A DNA stretch of 64,000 nt from the NCBI GenBank assembly GCA_965197825.1, contig CBDANW010000003.1, forward strand, positions 2,121,566 to 2,185,565, given 5' to 3'. Position 1 is the first letter of the stretch; each line of letters begins with the position of its first letter. Both the position numbers and the translations under genes were made by a program. Under the pieces are notes generated by a model that saw nothing but the letters and a program-made list of their open reading frames with translations, had not been told where the DNA came from and did not search any database. Shown piece by piece: positions 8,039 through 17,712 of this stretch. Source of the DNA: Candidatus Marinacidobacterales bacterium. Lineage in GTDB: Bacteria > Acidobacteriota > Vicinamibacteria > Marinacidobacterales > DATDRI01.

Positions 8039-8265
8039 TGTGCCTTCTATTTATTCATCCGGGCGCCCCGAACTTGATTAGTCTCCGGTCTGCCAGCACC
8101 ATACCTGCTTGATTTCGTCGTTTGTTCGCGCTCTCATCTCCGCCTTCAAGGCTCATCGCGAGCTGGCTCTCGACAATGTCGCTCTTCGGCAGCAGCTCGC
8201 CGTCCTCTGCCGTCCGGTGAAACGGCCGCGGCTCTCGAAGGTCGACCGCGGGTTGGGTAACTGTA
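8039..8265 (+). pseudogene. Left end of IS-Y (an IS481-like family) plus the N-terminal fragment of its transposase
   Basis: tgtgccttctatttattcatccg sits at 8039-8061. The + strand then translates ...ISSFVRALISAFKAHRELALDNVALRQQLAVLCRPVKRPRLSKVDRG, similar to the N-terminus of the transposase at 41096-41563 (LENVALWQQVTALKKERP). Confidence 0.45.
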
Positions 8266-8290
8266 AAGCCTAGGGGCCCTCGGCCCAGTC

Positions 8291-8575
8291 GCTAAGCTGC
8301 TGATTTATGGTCTATTTCAAAAGGGCCGAGTTTTGGCACAGGACGCGGTTCTCCTCTCGCAGGTAGTCAATCACATCCTGCTGCTGGCGGTTGACCCAGC
8401 CAGAACGAGCAGTAAGAATTGCACATGGTCCGTCATGATGGCTCCAAAGATAACACCTTCGGGCCAGACGATTGTAAAGCCCACCGGCCTTGACCCGGTC
8501 GCAAAACACAGACTCTAAGTTGCTGATTTATGGCCTATTTCAAAAGGGCTGAGTTTTGGCACAGGACGGGATGGA
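8291..8575. repeat. Nested copies of MITE-A: a terminal segment, an inverted internal IS-Y-derived segment, then a second terminal segment
   Basis: 8291-8343 and 8520-8572 are the about 53-bp terminal segment. The interior on the minus strand encodes ...RQQQDVIDYLREENRVL, a transposase N-terminal remnant also seen at 19990-20040. Confidence 0.5.
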
Positions 8576-8577
8576 TG

Positions 8578-8707
8578 TCTTCGCCGCTAGGAAAGTCGAG
8601 GAGCTTCGCAACGAGCTTCTCCCGCAAGGCACATCGGAGGAATCAGCAGCTTAACCGAGCGCGGGGAACCGTACGGAGATTTGACAGGAAAATTAAGACT
8701 TGACCCA
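8578..8707 (+). mobile_element. Solo 3' terminal fragment (about 130 bp) of IS256
   Basis: It encodes the last codons ...FAARKVEELRNELLPQGTSEESAA* followed by the right IR gaaccgtacggagatttgacaggaaaattaagacttgacc, identical to 36140-36268. Confidence 0.7.
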
Positions 8708-8738
8708 GACCGGTTAGGAGCTGGCCGCCAACACTTAA

Positions 8739-9010
8739 TTGCGGAAGCACCCCGAGCGGTTAAATCTGACCATCCGGCAAAGCTCAGCATACCTTTCGAG
8801 ACGAACGCTTTCCCACGCTCGCTCGACGGAGAGGCTCGATGAGCACCTGGAGTTGCTCCGTTGCTATTACAACTTCGTCCGCCCCCACGGAGCTCTGAAG
8901 TTCGGACGTGAGATCCGAACTCCGGCTATGCAGGCCGGTCTGACCATTCGACGGCTCACCTTTCGAGACATCTTCTTGGCGACGACGATTCCTTTGTGGT
9001 CGCGGATCGA
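8739..9010 (+). pseudogene. C-terminal fragment of an IS1-family (InsB-like) transposase
   Basis: ...LELLRCYYNFVRPHGALKFGREIRTPAMQAGLTIRRLTFRDIF, the typical DDE transposase tail (YYNfvRpH). It carries MITE-C TIR fragments at both sides. Confidence 0.35.
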
Positions 9011-9129
9011 GGTTTTCCTGCTCACTGGGGCGCGCAACCCGGTCTCTTCCGCACCTGTACCACTGCCCGCAGCCGCGTAGCAACACTTGATGGCGGAAGC
9101 ACCCCTCAACTTAACAATACGTGTCGGGC

Positions 9130-9471
9130 TTATGCTTCGATACTGAGCCTGCCCTGTCGCTGTGAACGGGGCTCTCGAATGACGATTTCCACATCACGCC
9201 CAAGTGCCGTCAACAGGCGTAGGAGGCGCTCAATGGAATACTTCCGAAAGCTTCCCCGTAGGAGACGCGAAACATCAGGTTGGGACAGTCCAAGCAACTT
9301 CGCCGCCTCTACCTGCTTGAATCCGCGCTGACGAACAATCTTGTCAATACGGGTGACGAGTTCTGCTTTTAACAGGTGAGCCTCGGCGTCAGGACGCCCC
9401 AGGTCCGCGAACACGTTGCCGCTGCCACGTTCGATCTTCTTTTTTCCGTATTCATTTTTTTCTATCTTCAT
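9130..9471 (-). CDS. higA: HigA-like XRE-family HTH antitoxin
   Basis: GNVFADLGRPDAEAHLLKAELVTRIDKIVRQRGFKQVEAAKLLGLSQPDVSRLLRGSFRKYSIERLLRLLTALGRDVEIVIR matches the HigA/XRE antitoxin family. It overlaps the toxin gene by 20 nt. Confidence 0.8.
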   Translation of the reverse strand: MKIEKNEYGKKKIERGSGNVFADLGRPDAEAHLLKAELVTRIDKIVRQRGFKQVEAAKLLGLSQPDVSRLLRGSFRKYSIERLLRLLTALGRDVEIVIREPRSQRQGRLSIEA

Positions 9472-9874
9472 TGGCTTTTTCTGCTTTTATTCTTGTTTTT
9501 GCTGTGTAGTGTTGCTCCGCTGCCTTCAGCCTGTCCTTGACCAGATCGATCTCCTGCTTTGGTGTCGCGATGCCCCGCCTGGCTTTCTTTTGGAAGGCAC
9601 GCAGGACATAAACGGCGGCCTTGAACCGCACCGTGTACACCACCCGGTAGGTATCGCCGTCGTGACGTGAGACGACCTCTAGGACATGGGCCCCCAACCC
9701 CTTGAGCGGTTTGGCGTCGCGGTGTTTGAGTCCGGCCTGGGCCTGATATAGAGCAAAGCCGGCCTGATCCTGCACGACAGCTGGAAACTTCTTCAGGTCT
9801 CCCTTGCTTGAGCCGACCCATTCGACAGGCTTCAGCACCTCTTTGGGCATATCAAAATATAGCGGTTTATCCAT
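9452..9874 (-). CDS. higB: HigB-like (RelE/ParE superfamily, Gp49/PF05973) type II toxin
   Basis: KPVEWVGSSKGDLKKFPAVVQDQAGFALYQAQAGLKHRDAKPLKGLGAHVLEVVSRHDGDTYRVVYTVRFKAAVYVLRAFQKKARRG matches the conserved HigB/Gp49 family sequence. ATG at 9872-9874. The toxin lies upstream of the antitoxin, as in higBA. Confidence 0.8.
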   Translation of the reverse strand: MDKPLYFDMPKEVLKPVEWVGSSKGDLKKFPAVVQDQAGFALYQAQAGLKHRDAKPLKGLGAHVLEVVSRHDGDTYRVVYTVRFKAAVYVLRAFQKKARRGIATPKQEIDLVKDRLKAAEQHYTAKTRIKAEKANEDRKK

Positions 9875-10152
9875 ATTTGCTGCAAGCGTCATTCTGACGC
9901 CAGGTGCGCCAATGCAGCTTGCAACCCGGTAGGGTCGAGGGCTGGCGCGGTACCCCGAAGGCGTGGCCTATCTGTTGCTTTCGCGGTAGGGACCGCCCTT
10001 ACGGGCGGCCCCCCGCACAGATCCCAGCGAGCGCTGCTAACGCACTGGGCTCCTACCTCAGGTCATGACGCGCAGTCGCTGTTCGGGATACGGGTGCAGT
10101 GTTCGATGCTCGACGACTGTCATCAGCCATCCGTGGTCGATGGCATCGAAGA

Positions 10153-10383
10153 GGTGCTTCCGCCATCAAGTGTTGCTACGCCGTGTTTGAATGCTAGTGT
10201 CAGCTGGCTTGCCTGTGTCGGCGAACGCCATTAATTAAGGATGTCGCGTGTCTCTGAACGTCAGGCACCGTGTGGTCAGCCCATCCCGCATCGCTGAAAG
10301 AACTGCGTCTCTCGAAATCAGGCTCAAACTCTAGCACACGAGCGGGTTACGCGGCGGCCACCAACACTTGATTGCGGAAGCAC
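10153..10383. repeat. MITE-C (231 bp) with near-perfect 22-bp TIRs ggtgcttccgccatcaagtgttg / caacacttgattgcggaagcac
   Basis: Full copies at 10153-10383 and 39849-40091. Partial copies at 34538-34727, 39250-39350 and 43895-43990. TIR-only fragments at 8745-8770 and 9083-9105. Confidence 0.65.
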
Positions 10384-10463
10384 TGAAGATTGGACCTGAC
10401 CCCGTCCTGTGCCAAAACTCGGCCCTTTAGAAATAGACCACAAATCAGCAGCTTAGACGCCGT

Positions 10464-11660
10464 GAGGTCAAAATACTCATGCGGCTTCCCGATGGTAGAA
10501 ACGTAGTAACCCGCCAAGCCGTTCACGGGAGCGTACCTTGCGCTCGGACTGAGGTAACTGGTCGCTGGCTGGGAACAGCAGCAGATTCTCCTTGCCTTGA
10601 TGATTCCTCTCGTGGTGATAGTAGACGACGTACTCCCTAAGCGCATGACGGAGCGACTTCTCGCCGAACAGGATGAGCTTCGAGAGACATTCCTCTTTGA
10701 CTGACTTCACCCAGCGCTCCGCGAACGAGTTCAAATCCGGGCTCCGTGCGGGCAGCTTGACGGGCGCGACGCCAACCGCCTCGATGGTCCGGTGGAACGA
10801 CTCGCAAAACTTCGAGTCCCGGTCGTGAATGAGGTATCGGCTCGAGGACAGAAACCCGACATCCGCCATGGTCACGTTGCGAGCCACTTGAGTCATCCAC
10901 TGTTCGTTCGGATGCGGCGTGATGCCGGCAACGTGGACTCGACGGGTAGCCAGGTGTATGAAGAACAGAACGTAGTACGTCACCAACCCGCCCTGAGTCC
11001 ACACTTCCGTGGTGAAAAAATCTGTTGCCGCGAGGACGTCCATGTGCGAGCGGATGAACTCCCTCCACGTCGTGGTCTTCCGACGCTCTGGTGCGAGCGG
11101 AATGCCGTGGCGTTTCAGAATGTTACCGACGGTTTGATCGGCTACTTCATGCCCGAGGTTGGCTAGCGCCCCGGCAATCCGGTCGTAACCCCAGGACTTG
11201 TTCTCCTTGGCGAGACGCACCACCAGCTCTTCGATGTCGGCGTCGATCCGCGGTCGCCCTGGATACTGACGGTTCTTGGAGCCATCGAACTTCTTCGCGA
11301 CAAACCTCCGGTGCCAACCTAGGATCGTGTCGGGGTTCACGATACTCGCGACCTCATCAAGGGCTTGCTTACCCAGACGCTTTCCGAGCTCGGCCAGAGA
11401 CCGCCGTTCGCCATCGGTCAGGCGCAAGCGACCCTGGAGCTGATTTCGAAGAACTCGATTCTCTGCTACAAGATACTCGTTGCGCAGGAGCAACTCCTCA
11501 TCCACGGACCCTGAGATGTAGCTCAGCATGGTCTTCCAGTCCATCGCGACTCCTTCCGCTGAACTCGAATACGTATCCGACCACGATGGCGGATTCAAGC
11601 AGCCTTTGGAAAGGTGCAAACTGCTGAACCGCTGGGCGTTCGAGTATTTTGACCAGACGA
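10464..11660 (-). mobile_element. IS481-family insertion sequence (about 1.2 kb) with imperfect terminal IRs containing ggtcaaaatactc
   Basis: The ends are cgtgaggtcaaaatactcatgcgg (10464-) and ...cgttcgagtattttgaccagacg (-11660). A single DDE transposase gene lies inside. Confidence 0.6.
10477..11544 (-). CDS. IS481-family DDE transposase (HTH plus rve integrase core)
   Basis: LLLRNEYLVAENRVLRNQLQGRLRLTDGERRSLAELGKRLG (N-terminal HTH) and ...HDRDSKFCESFHRTIEAVGVAPVKLPARSPDLNSFAERWVKSVKEECL (rve DDE core). ATG at 11542-11544. Confidence 0.75.
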   Translation of the reverse strand: MDWKTMLSYISGSVDEELLLRNEYLVAENRVLRNQLQGRLRLTDGERRSLAELGKRLGKQALDEVASIVNPDTILGWHRRFVAKKFDGSKNRQYPGRPRIDADIEELVVRLAKENKSWGYDRIAGALANLGHEVADQTVGNILKRHGIPLAPERRKTTTWREFIRSHMDVLAATDFFTTEVWTQGGLVTYYVLFFIHLATRRVHVAGITPHPNEQWMTQVARNVTMADVGFLSSSRYLIHDRDSKFCESFHRTIEAVGVAPVKLPARSPDLNSFAERWVKSVKEECLSKLILFGEKSLRHALREYVVYYHHERNHQGKENLLLFPASDQLPQSERKVRSRERLGGLLRFYHREAA

Positions 11661-12162
11661 GCTAGCGTGAGCGGGCCGCTTGCGCTCCATGTCGAGCAGA
11701 GGCCAAAGGTCCTGGCACCCAATGGATTATCAGCCACAGAATATGGTGTGGCTCTTGGCGTACCCTTATTGGAACCTGCTCTTGGATATGCGGCGCAGCA
11801 CTTTTTCTATGTCCTGTGGGACGATCCGGACCTGCTGCATGATTTTCTGGTGAACGGCATCGAGTCGGCAGGACAATGGAAAATCGTTTCAGGTACCGCG
11901 CTGGCCGATAAATTGGGTTCTCGCTCGATATCTTCGCAGGAAATCGCGTTCCGGTTGGACCTGCTTGAGGTCTTCTGTGAGTTGTGGAAACAGGGAAGGG
12001 GCCGGCCGGTCGATCGCGAAGCTATCGAAAATAGTGGTGCCTTGAGCGAGCGCTATCTAGGTGACGTTGTTGCGATCGCCGATGAATTGTGTGGCGATCC
12101 GGAGATGCTTATCACTGTCCTTGAGACGAAAGAAGATCCACGCCTGGAAGGTTTCCGACGGC
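11661..12162 (+). pseudogene. Internal fragment of an unknown gene, cut by the IS481 end at 5' and by MITE-A at 3'
   Basis: ORF 11649..12215 begins inside the IS terminal repeat and reads through into MITE-A at 12163 (...FRRRPVPKLSPFEIG is translated repeat). GC is about 55%. No recognisable domain. Confidence 0.25.
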
Positions 12163-12350
12163 GTCCTGTGCCAAAACTCAGCCCTTTTGAAATAGGCCAT
12201 AAATCAGCAGCTTAGTGTCTGTGTTTGCGACCGGGCCAAGGGCCGTGGGCTTTACAATCGTCTGGCCCGAGGGTGTTATCTTCAGCTCCATGATGACGTA
12301 CCACGTGCAATTCCTACTGCTCGTTAGTGGATCAAATTTTGGCACAGGAC
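12163..12350. repeat. MITE-A, a full 188-bp copy with TIRs gtcctgtgccaaaa / ttttggcacaggac
   Basis: It starts gtcctgtgccaaaactcagcccttttgaaataggccataaatcagcagcttag and ends gtgcaattcctactgctcgttagtggatcaaattttggcacaggac. Confidence 0.7.
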
Positions 12351-12469
12351 GGGGTGGCCGCTGCCGGCGAACGCTCGCCCGGCACATTCCTTACAATTCA
12401 TTACTATCATGGTGTTCCGGACGACCGATGCGAAACGTTCGGAAACTTGGATTGGGAAGAGCCTAAGAC

Positions 12470-15079
12470 TCAGAACCGAAAGAGCTTGGTGAACTTCACC
12501 GCGAAGGTACGGTTGGCCAAGAAAGGAGTCAAGGAGAGATCGTCGCGTCCTTCGCTGTAGACGACGAAGAGATCGCTTCCCGGTTCGTACTCCCAACGGA
12601 AGCGAACGCTGGAGCTCAAGGAGTCGGAGCTAGAGTTGTACTGGATGAAGCTGCTCAGGAACATCCGCGGGCTGAACGTGTAGTTCACCCGGGCGCTGAC
12701 CAGGCGGGTACTGAAATTCCCTTCCGGCAAGTCCACCCAGTTGAGCGACAGGCGTGGCTCGACGGAGAACTTTGGAGAGATCTCGACGCGGCCGTTGAAG
12801 CTCAGGGCGTCCCGGTCGCCGCTCCAGAAGCTCCCGGTGCGGTAGCTAATCGTCGAGGGCAGCCATCGTTGTGCGCCGAACGTGTACGCGAAGTTAACGT
12901 CCTGAAAGCGGTACTCGCCGACGGGAAGGATCACGCCGTCCGAGATCTTGAACTCATCGGGAAGGAACTCGAAGGTGTCGTTGTACTCCACCCGCGCCCG
13001 GTCGGAGTTCTCGAAGTCGATGCGGAACTGCCCCTGGAGGGTCCGGGTCTCGAGGCGACCTCCGGTGTCGGTGATGCGATCGACGTCAGCCTGCCACACG
13101 AACCGACGAATCGCCTCGATGGAACGCGGGCGGGGACTGAAACGACCCTGAGAGAAGTTGCGCCGAAAGGCTTCTCGCCTGAGAAACCCGAGCTCCGGCT
13201 GGAAGTCCTCGCCTACGTAGAGATGCTCCAGAACGAGCCCGTAGCGGTCTCCGCCGTAATCGAGCTTGCCGGTGTAGCTCGAGTTATCGTCCCCGGTGAT
13301 TCCCTCCCCATCCAATGTGGTTCGGCTCATGGCGTAGTAAGCATTGAGTCGCAGGTTCTGATAAAAGGCGAAGTTCCCGTCGAAGCCGAAGACACCGTTG
13401 GAGCCCGCCCCTTCGTTGAGAGAGGTATTCCGGTAGGTGGCGATCGCGCCGATGTCGCTGCGTCGAAGGAAGTCGCGCCGTACTCTGAATACGGAGAAGT
13501 TAGTAGCGGGGATCAAGTCATTGTTCTCCACCCCGCGGGTTTGGATGTTCAAGGCGCCCATGCGGAATTTGCCGGCGCGGCCTGTGACACGGCCCCCCAC
13601 CCGGATGGGATCCTCACCGTCTTGGGTCAGGCCGATGCGGCGACTGAAGAACAGGATGGGGGTGAGACCACCGCCGAACCACCTGGCCGAGGCTCCTCCA
13701 AACGCGAAAATCGACTGGCCCTCGAGGAAAAACTCTCGTTTCTCGGGGAAGAACAGGCTGAAGCGCGTCAAATTGATTTGTTGCTGATCCTCCTCGACCT
13801 GAGCGAAATCGGTGTTGTACGTGAAGTCTCCGATGAGCCCGCTGGTCAGACCATACTTGACGTCGAAGCCGAAATCGGCGTCGGGGTCGTTCGAAAAGGG
13901 CTCATCGGCCTTCTGATTTGTCGTCAGTGAGGACAGGGCATATGGCTTGAGCTCGAGGTTCCGGTTCGAGCCCGGGACCTCGACCCCGACCAGCGTGGCC
14001 GCATCCGAGAACCGATACACCCCCCACCGGGAATGGGCGACGGCGATCGGTGCGAGAAAGGAGGTCTCGTTCTTCCAGGCTACGACGCGCCGTAGGTTGA
14101 TACTCCAGACCTGTGGGCCGGATTGCTTGAACCGCAGCGATTTGAAGGGAATGGCCATCTCGACCATCCAACCCTGATCGAATAGGGAGGCCTTGGCGTC
14201 CCAAACCGTATTCCAGTCGGTGTTGTTGCTCTGGCCCTCGTCTCCGACCGATTGGTCCCGAAGAGCACCGATGGCATTGACCGCAAAGTAGAAGCCATTG
14301 CGCCGGTCGTAATCCGTGTCCACCACCATCACGATGTGCTCGTTTCGGGTGATGTTGTTATGGTCGCGCCGCATCTCGTTGGCGATCATCCGCTCCGGAT
14401 GGCTGTCCCAGCTCCGGACGCCGACGTAGAAATTCCGATCGTCGAAGAAGATCCACACCTCGGTTTCTTCGCTGGCGGGCTCGCCTTCGTCCGGTTCTTG
14501 CTCGATGAAGCCGCTGACTGACTTGACTCTCGAGTAGGCCGGATCGTCCAGCTTGCCGTCGAGAACGATGGGCTCGGCGAGGCGGGTCGCCCGCAACGTG
14601 ATGCGTCCCTCGGAGTCACGCGTCATCACCTCGGGAGCACGCGGCACCGGAGGGGCAAAGGACGGCAGAGAACCGCCAGAACCGCCAGAACCGGTTGAGA
14701 CTGGCCTGGACGCCTGCGACAGAGCGGTCGTTGTCGACTCATGAGGCAGTGCAGGCGGGTTGGACGCCGTCCTCCCGTTACCGCCGGAAGATGCAGGCGG
14801 CGGTGGCGGGGCTGCTAACGGTGGCGCAAGTCGCGCCGGGGGCGCCACTTGCTGTTGTCCGGACGAGTTCAGCCGCTCGGTGATTTCGAGATCGACGTAG
14901 CTGCGCGGAACGGACTGAAGCTTGCCGTTGAGGGTCGTCATCACGACCAGACCGTCCTTCAACTCGTAACTCTGAACGGTCAGCCGCGTGCCGTCGGCAA
15001 ACGCCACGATCTCGGCAGCGGTGGCGTTCCAGGGGAGGAACAGCACTAGGACTGCGACCACGCCGATCGAGAGTTTCAC
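12470..15079 (-). CDS. DUF5916-family protein with an N-terminal CBM9-like domain and a signal peptide; probable outer-membrane beta-barrel with a C-terminal Phe
   Basis: CBM9-like: EPIVLDGKLDDPAYSRV...EVWIFFDDRNFYVGVRSWDSHPERM...VMVVDTDYDRRNGFYFAVNAIGALRDQ. About 600 aa of beta-rich sequence ends ...FAVKFTKLFRF. GTG start at 15077-15079 gives MKLSIGVVAVLVLFLPWNATAAE as the signal peptide. Confidence 0.6.
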   Translation of the reverse strand: MKLSIGVVAVLVLFLPWNATAAEIVAFADGTRLTVQSYELKDGLVVMTTLNGKLQSVPRSYVDLEITERLNSSGQQQVAPPARLAPPLAAPPPPPASSGGNGRTASNPPALPHESTTTALSQASRPVSTGSGGSGGSLPSFAPPVPRAPEVMTRDSEGRITLRATRLAEPIVLDGKLDDPAYSRVKSVSGFIEQEPDEGEPASEETEVWIFFDDRNFYVGVRSWDSHPERMIANEMRRDHNNITRNEHIVMVVDTDYDRRNGFYFAVNAIGALRDQSVGDEGQSNNTDWNTVWDAKASLFDQGWMVEMAIPFKSLRFKQSGPQVWSINLRRVVAWKNETSFLAPIAVAHSRWGVYRFSDAATLVGVEVPGSNRNLELKPYALSSLTTNQKADEPFSNDPDADFGFDVKYGLTSGLIGDFTYNTDFAQVEEDQQQINLTRFSLFFPEKREFFLEGQSIFAFGGASARWFGGGLTPILFFSRRIGLTQDGEDPIRVGGRVTGRAGKFRMGALNIQTRGVENNDLIPATNFSVFRVRRDFLRRSDIGAIATYRNTSLNEGAGSNGVFGFDGNFAFYQNLRLNAYYAMSRTTLDGEGITGDDNSSYTGKLDYGGDRYGLVLEHLYVGEDFQPELGFLRREAFRRNFSQGRFSPRPRSIEAIRRFVWQADVDRITDTGGRLETRTLQGQFRIDFENSDRARVEYNDTFEFLPDEFKISDGVILPVGEYRFQDVNFAYTFGAQRWLPSTISYRTGSFWSGDRDALSFNGRVEISPKFSVEPRLSLNWVDLPEGNFSTRLVSARVNYTFSPRMFLSSFIQYNSSSDSLSSSVRFRWEYEPGSDLFVVYSEGRDDLSLTPFLANRTFAVKFTKLFRF

Positions 15080-15237
15080 GTTTCCAATTATAGGGTGGCC
15101 GCTGCCGGCGAACGCTCGCCCGGCATATCCCTTACAATTCATTACTATCATGCTTCATGGAACCTCTAATTCTAAGACGGCGCCCGTTCGTCGGTTTGTT
15201 TCACGGTGACCGGAAAAAGGAAGGCCGCCTCAGTCTG

Positions 15238-15485
15238 GAAAGAGCCTAAGACTTAGAACCGGAAGAGCTTGGTGAACTTCACCGCAAAAGTGCGGTTGGC
15301 CAAGAAAGGAGTGGAGTCAAGGACAGATCCTCGCGTCCTTCGCTGTAGACGACGAAGAGATCGCTTCCCGGCTCGTATTCCCAACGAAAGCGAACGCTGG
15401 AGCTCAAGGAGTCGGAGCTAGAGTTGTACTGGATGAAGCTGCTCAGGAACATCCGCGGGCTGAACGTGTAGTAGGCGGACCATCT
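15238..15485 (-). pseudogene. Duplicated 3' end (about 245 bp) of the DUF5916 gene, with indels
   Basis: 15238-15480 is about 93% identical to 12450-12690 and encodes ...SPRMFLSSFIQYNSSSDSLSSSVRFRWEYEPGSDLFVVYSEGREDLSLTP. Confidence 0.6.
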
Positions 15486-16524
15486 GGGACTGCGCACCAA
15501 GCAACGCTTCGCCGCGGATGGAACCCGGACAGGAGGGCTGCCGTTCCGTCGCGGACACCTCCACTGCCTGCTGACCAGTCCTCTCTACGCCGGCCGCATC
15601 CGGCACCAGAGGCGTGTCTACGAGGGCCAGCATCCATCGATCATTGCTCCGGAGCTCTGGGACGCGGTCCAGGCGCAGCTGCAGGCAGGGGCTGCCAAAC
15701 CAAGGAGACGCACGACGAAGGGCCGCGCCGCCCCTTCCCCACTGGCAGGCAAGCTCTTCGACGAGACCGGGGACCGGCTGACGCCGAGCCACACCAAAAA
15801 GAAAAACGGGCAACGGCTCCGCTACTACGTCTCCCGGCGCCTCATCCAGCACAGTGGCCAAAAGGACCTCTCCGGCTGGCGCCTGCCCGCGCCCATGCTG
15901 GAACAGACCGTCGTGCATCTCATCCGACAGCATGTGGATGCCACGACCTTCCCGGCCTCGCTGACCCATATTCCGACGATGCAAGAGCTCGCCTCGGTAC
16001 ATCGCTTTTTAGACGGGCTGTGTTCCGGTAGCAATAATGATAGTGCCTCGGCAGTCCCCCTGCTCCGCCTTATCCGGCGGGTTGATATCAGCCCCGGCTC
16101 TGTGTCTATCCTCCTCGACCGCAATGCGTTCGCTGCTTGCCTGTCTATGGGGCCCGACCGCATTCGCGAGGATGCACTCCGCATCCACGCACCGTTCCGC
16201 TTGCGTCGACGCGGCGTCGAGACCAAGCTCGTTCTGGGCAACCCCACGAAATCCGTCGACCGCACCCTCCTGCGCAATATCGCCAACGCCCTCTTCTGGC
16301 TCGACCGAATCAAAGCAGGCAAAACCTATGAGGAGATTGCCACCGAAGACGCCATCCCAACGGCCCGCGTGCGCAAGGCAATCCGTTATGCCTTCCTGGC
16401 CCCCGACATCGTCCGCGCCATTGTCGAAGGCCGCCAGCCCGTTGGGCTGACCTCGAGCTACCTCCTGCATCATCCGCTTCCCGACGATTGGGAGAAACAG
16501 CGAGTGCTCGTCGCAACGCTGTGA
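15480..16524 (+). pseudogene. Large serine recombinase, C-terminal portion only; the N-terminal catalytic resolvase domain is missing
   Basis: ...GLPFRRGHLHCLLTSPLYAGRIRHQRRVYEGQHPSIIAPELWDAVQAQL is the recombinase-domain end. ...QRLRYYVSRRL is a degenerate zinc-ribbon region. The ORF continues to 16524. It is preceded directly by the duplicated DUF5916 fragment. Confidence 0.5.
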
Positions 16525-17320
16525 GCCTGCCTGCTGCATCTGCCAGCGCCCACTTCGTGAATGGCCTCGGTTAGCAGCAAGCTGCTCTCCGACACTGGCC
16601 TCCACCAATCAGACTCAAACTGGCCCAAATTCCCTGTCATGGTTTCCAGACAAGAGCGGATAGCTCCTTGTACTGCACCGTCTGGCGGAGTCATCTTCGT
16701 CTCCTCCGTAAAGCTCCGCTGGATGAATTCGAGGTTTGACCAATTCGAATTCCGCTATTCGCCTTCTCCTCAGACGCGATCTAGGCGTTAAGCGTCTTCT
16801 CATTGTCTGCGCGATTAAGCGCAAAAATGGACACGATAAGCCCCCAAATCGCCCCAAATTGCCAGTTGATGGCCTGTTTTGCTCTGTTTCTGATCGTTTC
16901 CAGCCAAGAATCGGAAGCTCCACTCGCCCCCACTCGAGCCTGCCGACTGCGATAGCCGGAAAGGTGTTCCCGTCGACGAAACGTCCGCCGATGAGGCGTA
17001 AAGCCTTTTGCGACAATGAGTAACGGCCTTAGCCTCCTCCGGAGGGTTTACGACACGGCCCTCTTTCAGGCGTCAAGGAAGTTGAAATTACCGTATAGAA
17101 AAGCTGATTGAAGCCGATTTGAATTCAGGCTCGAACGACCACCCGTCGATGAGGTGTGCGTGGGCCAGCACGTGACGGCGTCCGTTAAATCACTGTAGAG
17201 GAAGCAGATAGAACGATGTGGGCACCGGGGCTTCTCTGAGTATTCGCTACATTGCCGCACTACCCGCGCGGCGAAAAAGGGGGGGGGGATACTGAAGAAA
17301 CTGAAGAAATACCTTTTGCC

Positions 17321-17644
17321 GAGACCGGATAGCTCCGAACTGCACCATCCGCCACTCAGTCTGGCCAATTGCTGCCCTGCAGAGACGGGGGGGATTTTCC
17401 GCGCGGTTTGCGGGGTTTTGCAGGGGTAGGTGGCACCAGAGACGCGCTAGAAGGGCTGAACGGGCCTCATTTTCGGTTTTCGTCTCTAATCCCGATTTTC
17501 GAGGGACACGTTTGCGCCCCAAATAAGAGGCGGGCGCTAACCGGGCCGTACGGCAGCGAAAAAGAGGCCACCCGAGAGGCCCAGAATCGAGGCCGGAGCT
17601 ACCCGCGGCGTAGCCAGCCTAGCACATTCCGGTCCAGGTGCGGG
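17321..17644. repeat. Repeat D copy 1 (about 322 bp), starting gagaccggatagctccgaactgcaccatccgccac
   Basis: About 88% identical to 46226-46546. The first 35 bp also occur at 36364-36399, 45622-45657 and (degenerate) 16655-16690. Confidence 0.55.
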
Positions 17645-17712
17645 GCGTTGTCGCCTTCGCCGCCGCCGTCGTCCCATTCGACCGCGAACCAGTCTTGATC
17701 GTCCGCACTTAC

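Noticed and set aside
8312-8518. ORFs inside MITE copies (for example 8312..8509, 8333..8518, 12178..12387, 36150..36440, 39296..39478, 43949..44227, 45644..45895)
   Set aside because: They recur as near-identical peptides (..KITPSGQTIVKPTALGPVANTDTKLLIYGLFQKG.., ..RAEFWHRTG.., ..GASAIKCW..) wherever the repeat occurs, in either orientation. They are translation artefacts of the repeats and not genes.
9890-10150. A possible structured RNA or tRNA-like element upstream of higB (GC-rich palindromes such as gggaccgcccttacgggcggccccc)
   Set aside because: No tRNA cloverleaf features (T-loop GTTCGAATC-like, anticodon arm) could be identified. It is more likely a 5' UTR or operator region, with too little evidence to call an ncRNA.
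12869-13930. Long ORFs antisense to well-supported genes (12869..13930 +, 37170..38117 +, 40542..41642 +, 57024..58661 -, 16009..16608 -)
   Set aside because: In greater than 60% GC DNA, long antisense ORFs arise by chance. Each lies opposite a gene with strong family motifs (DUF5916, PPK2, IS481 transposase, F420 reductase/dehydratase, recombinase), and none has recognisable motifs of its own.
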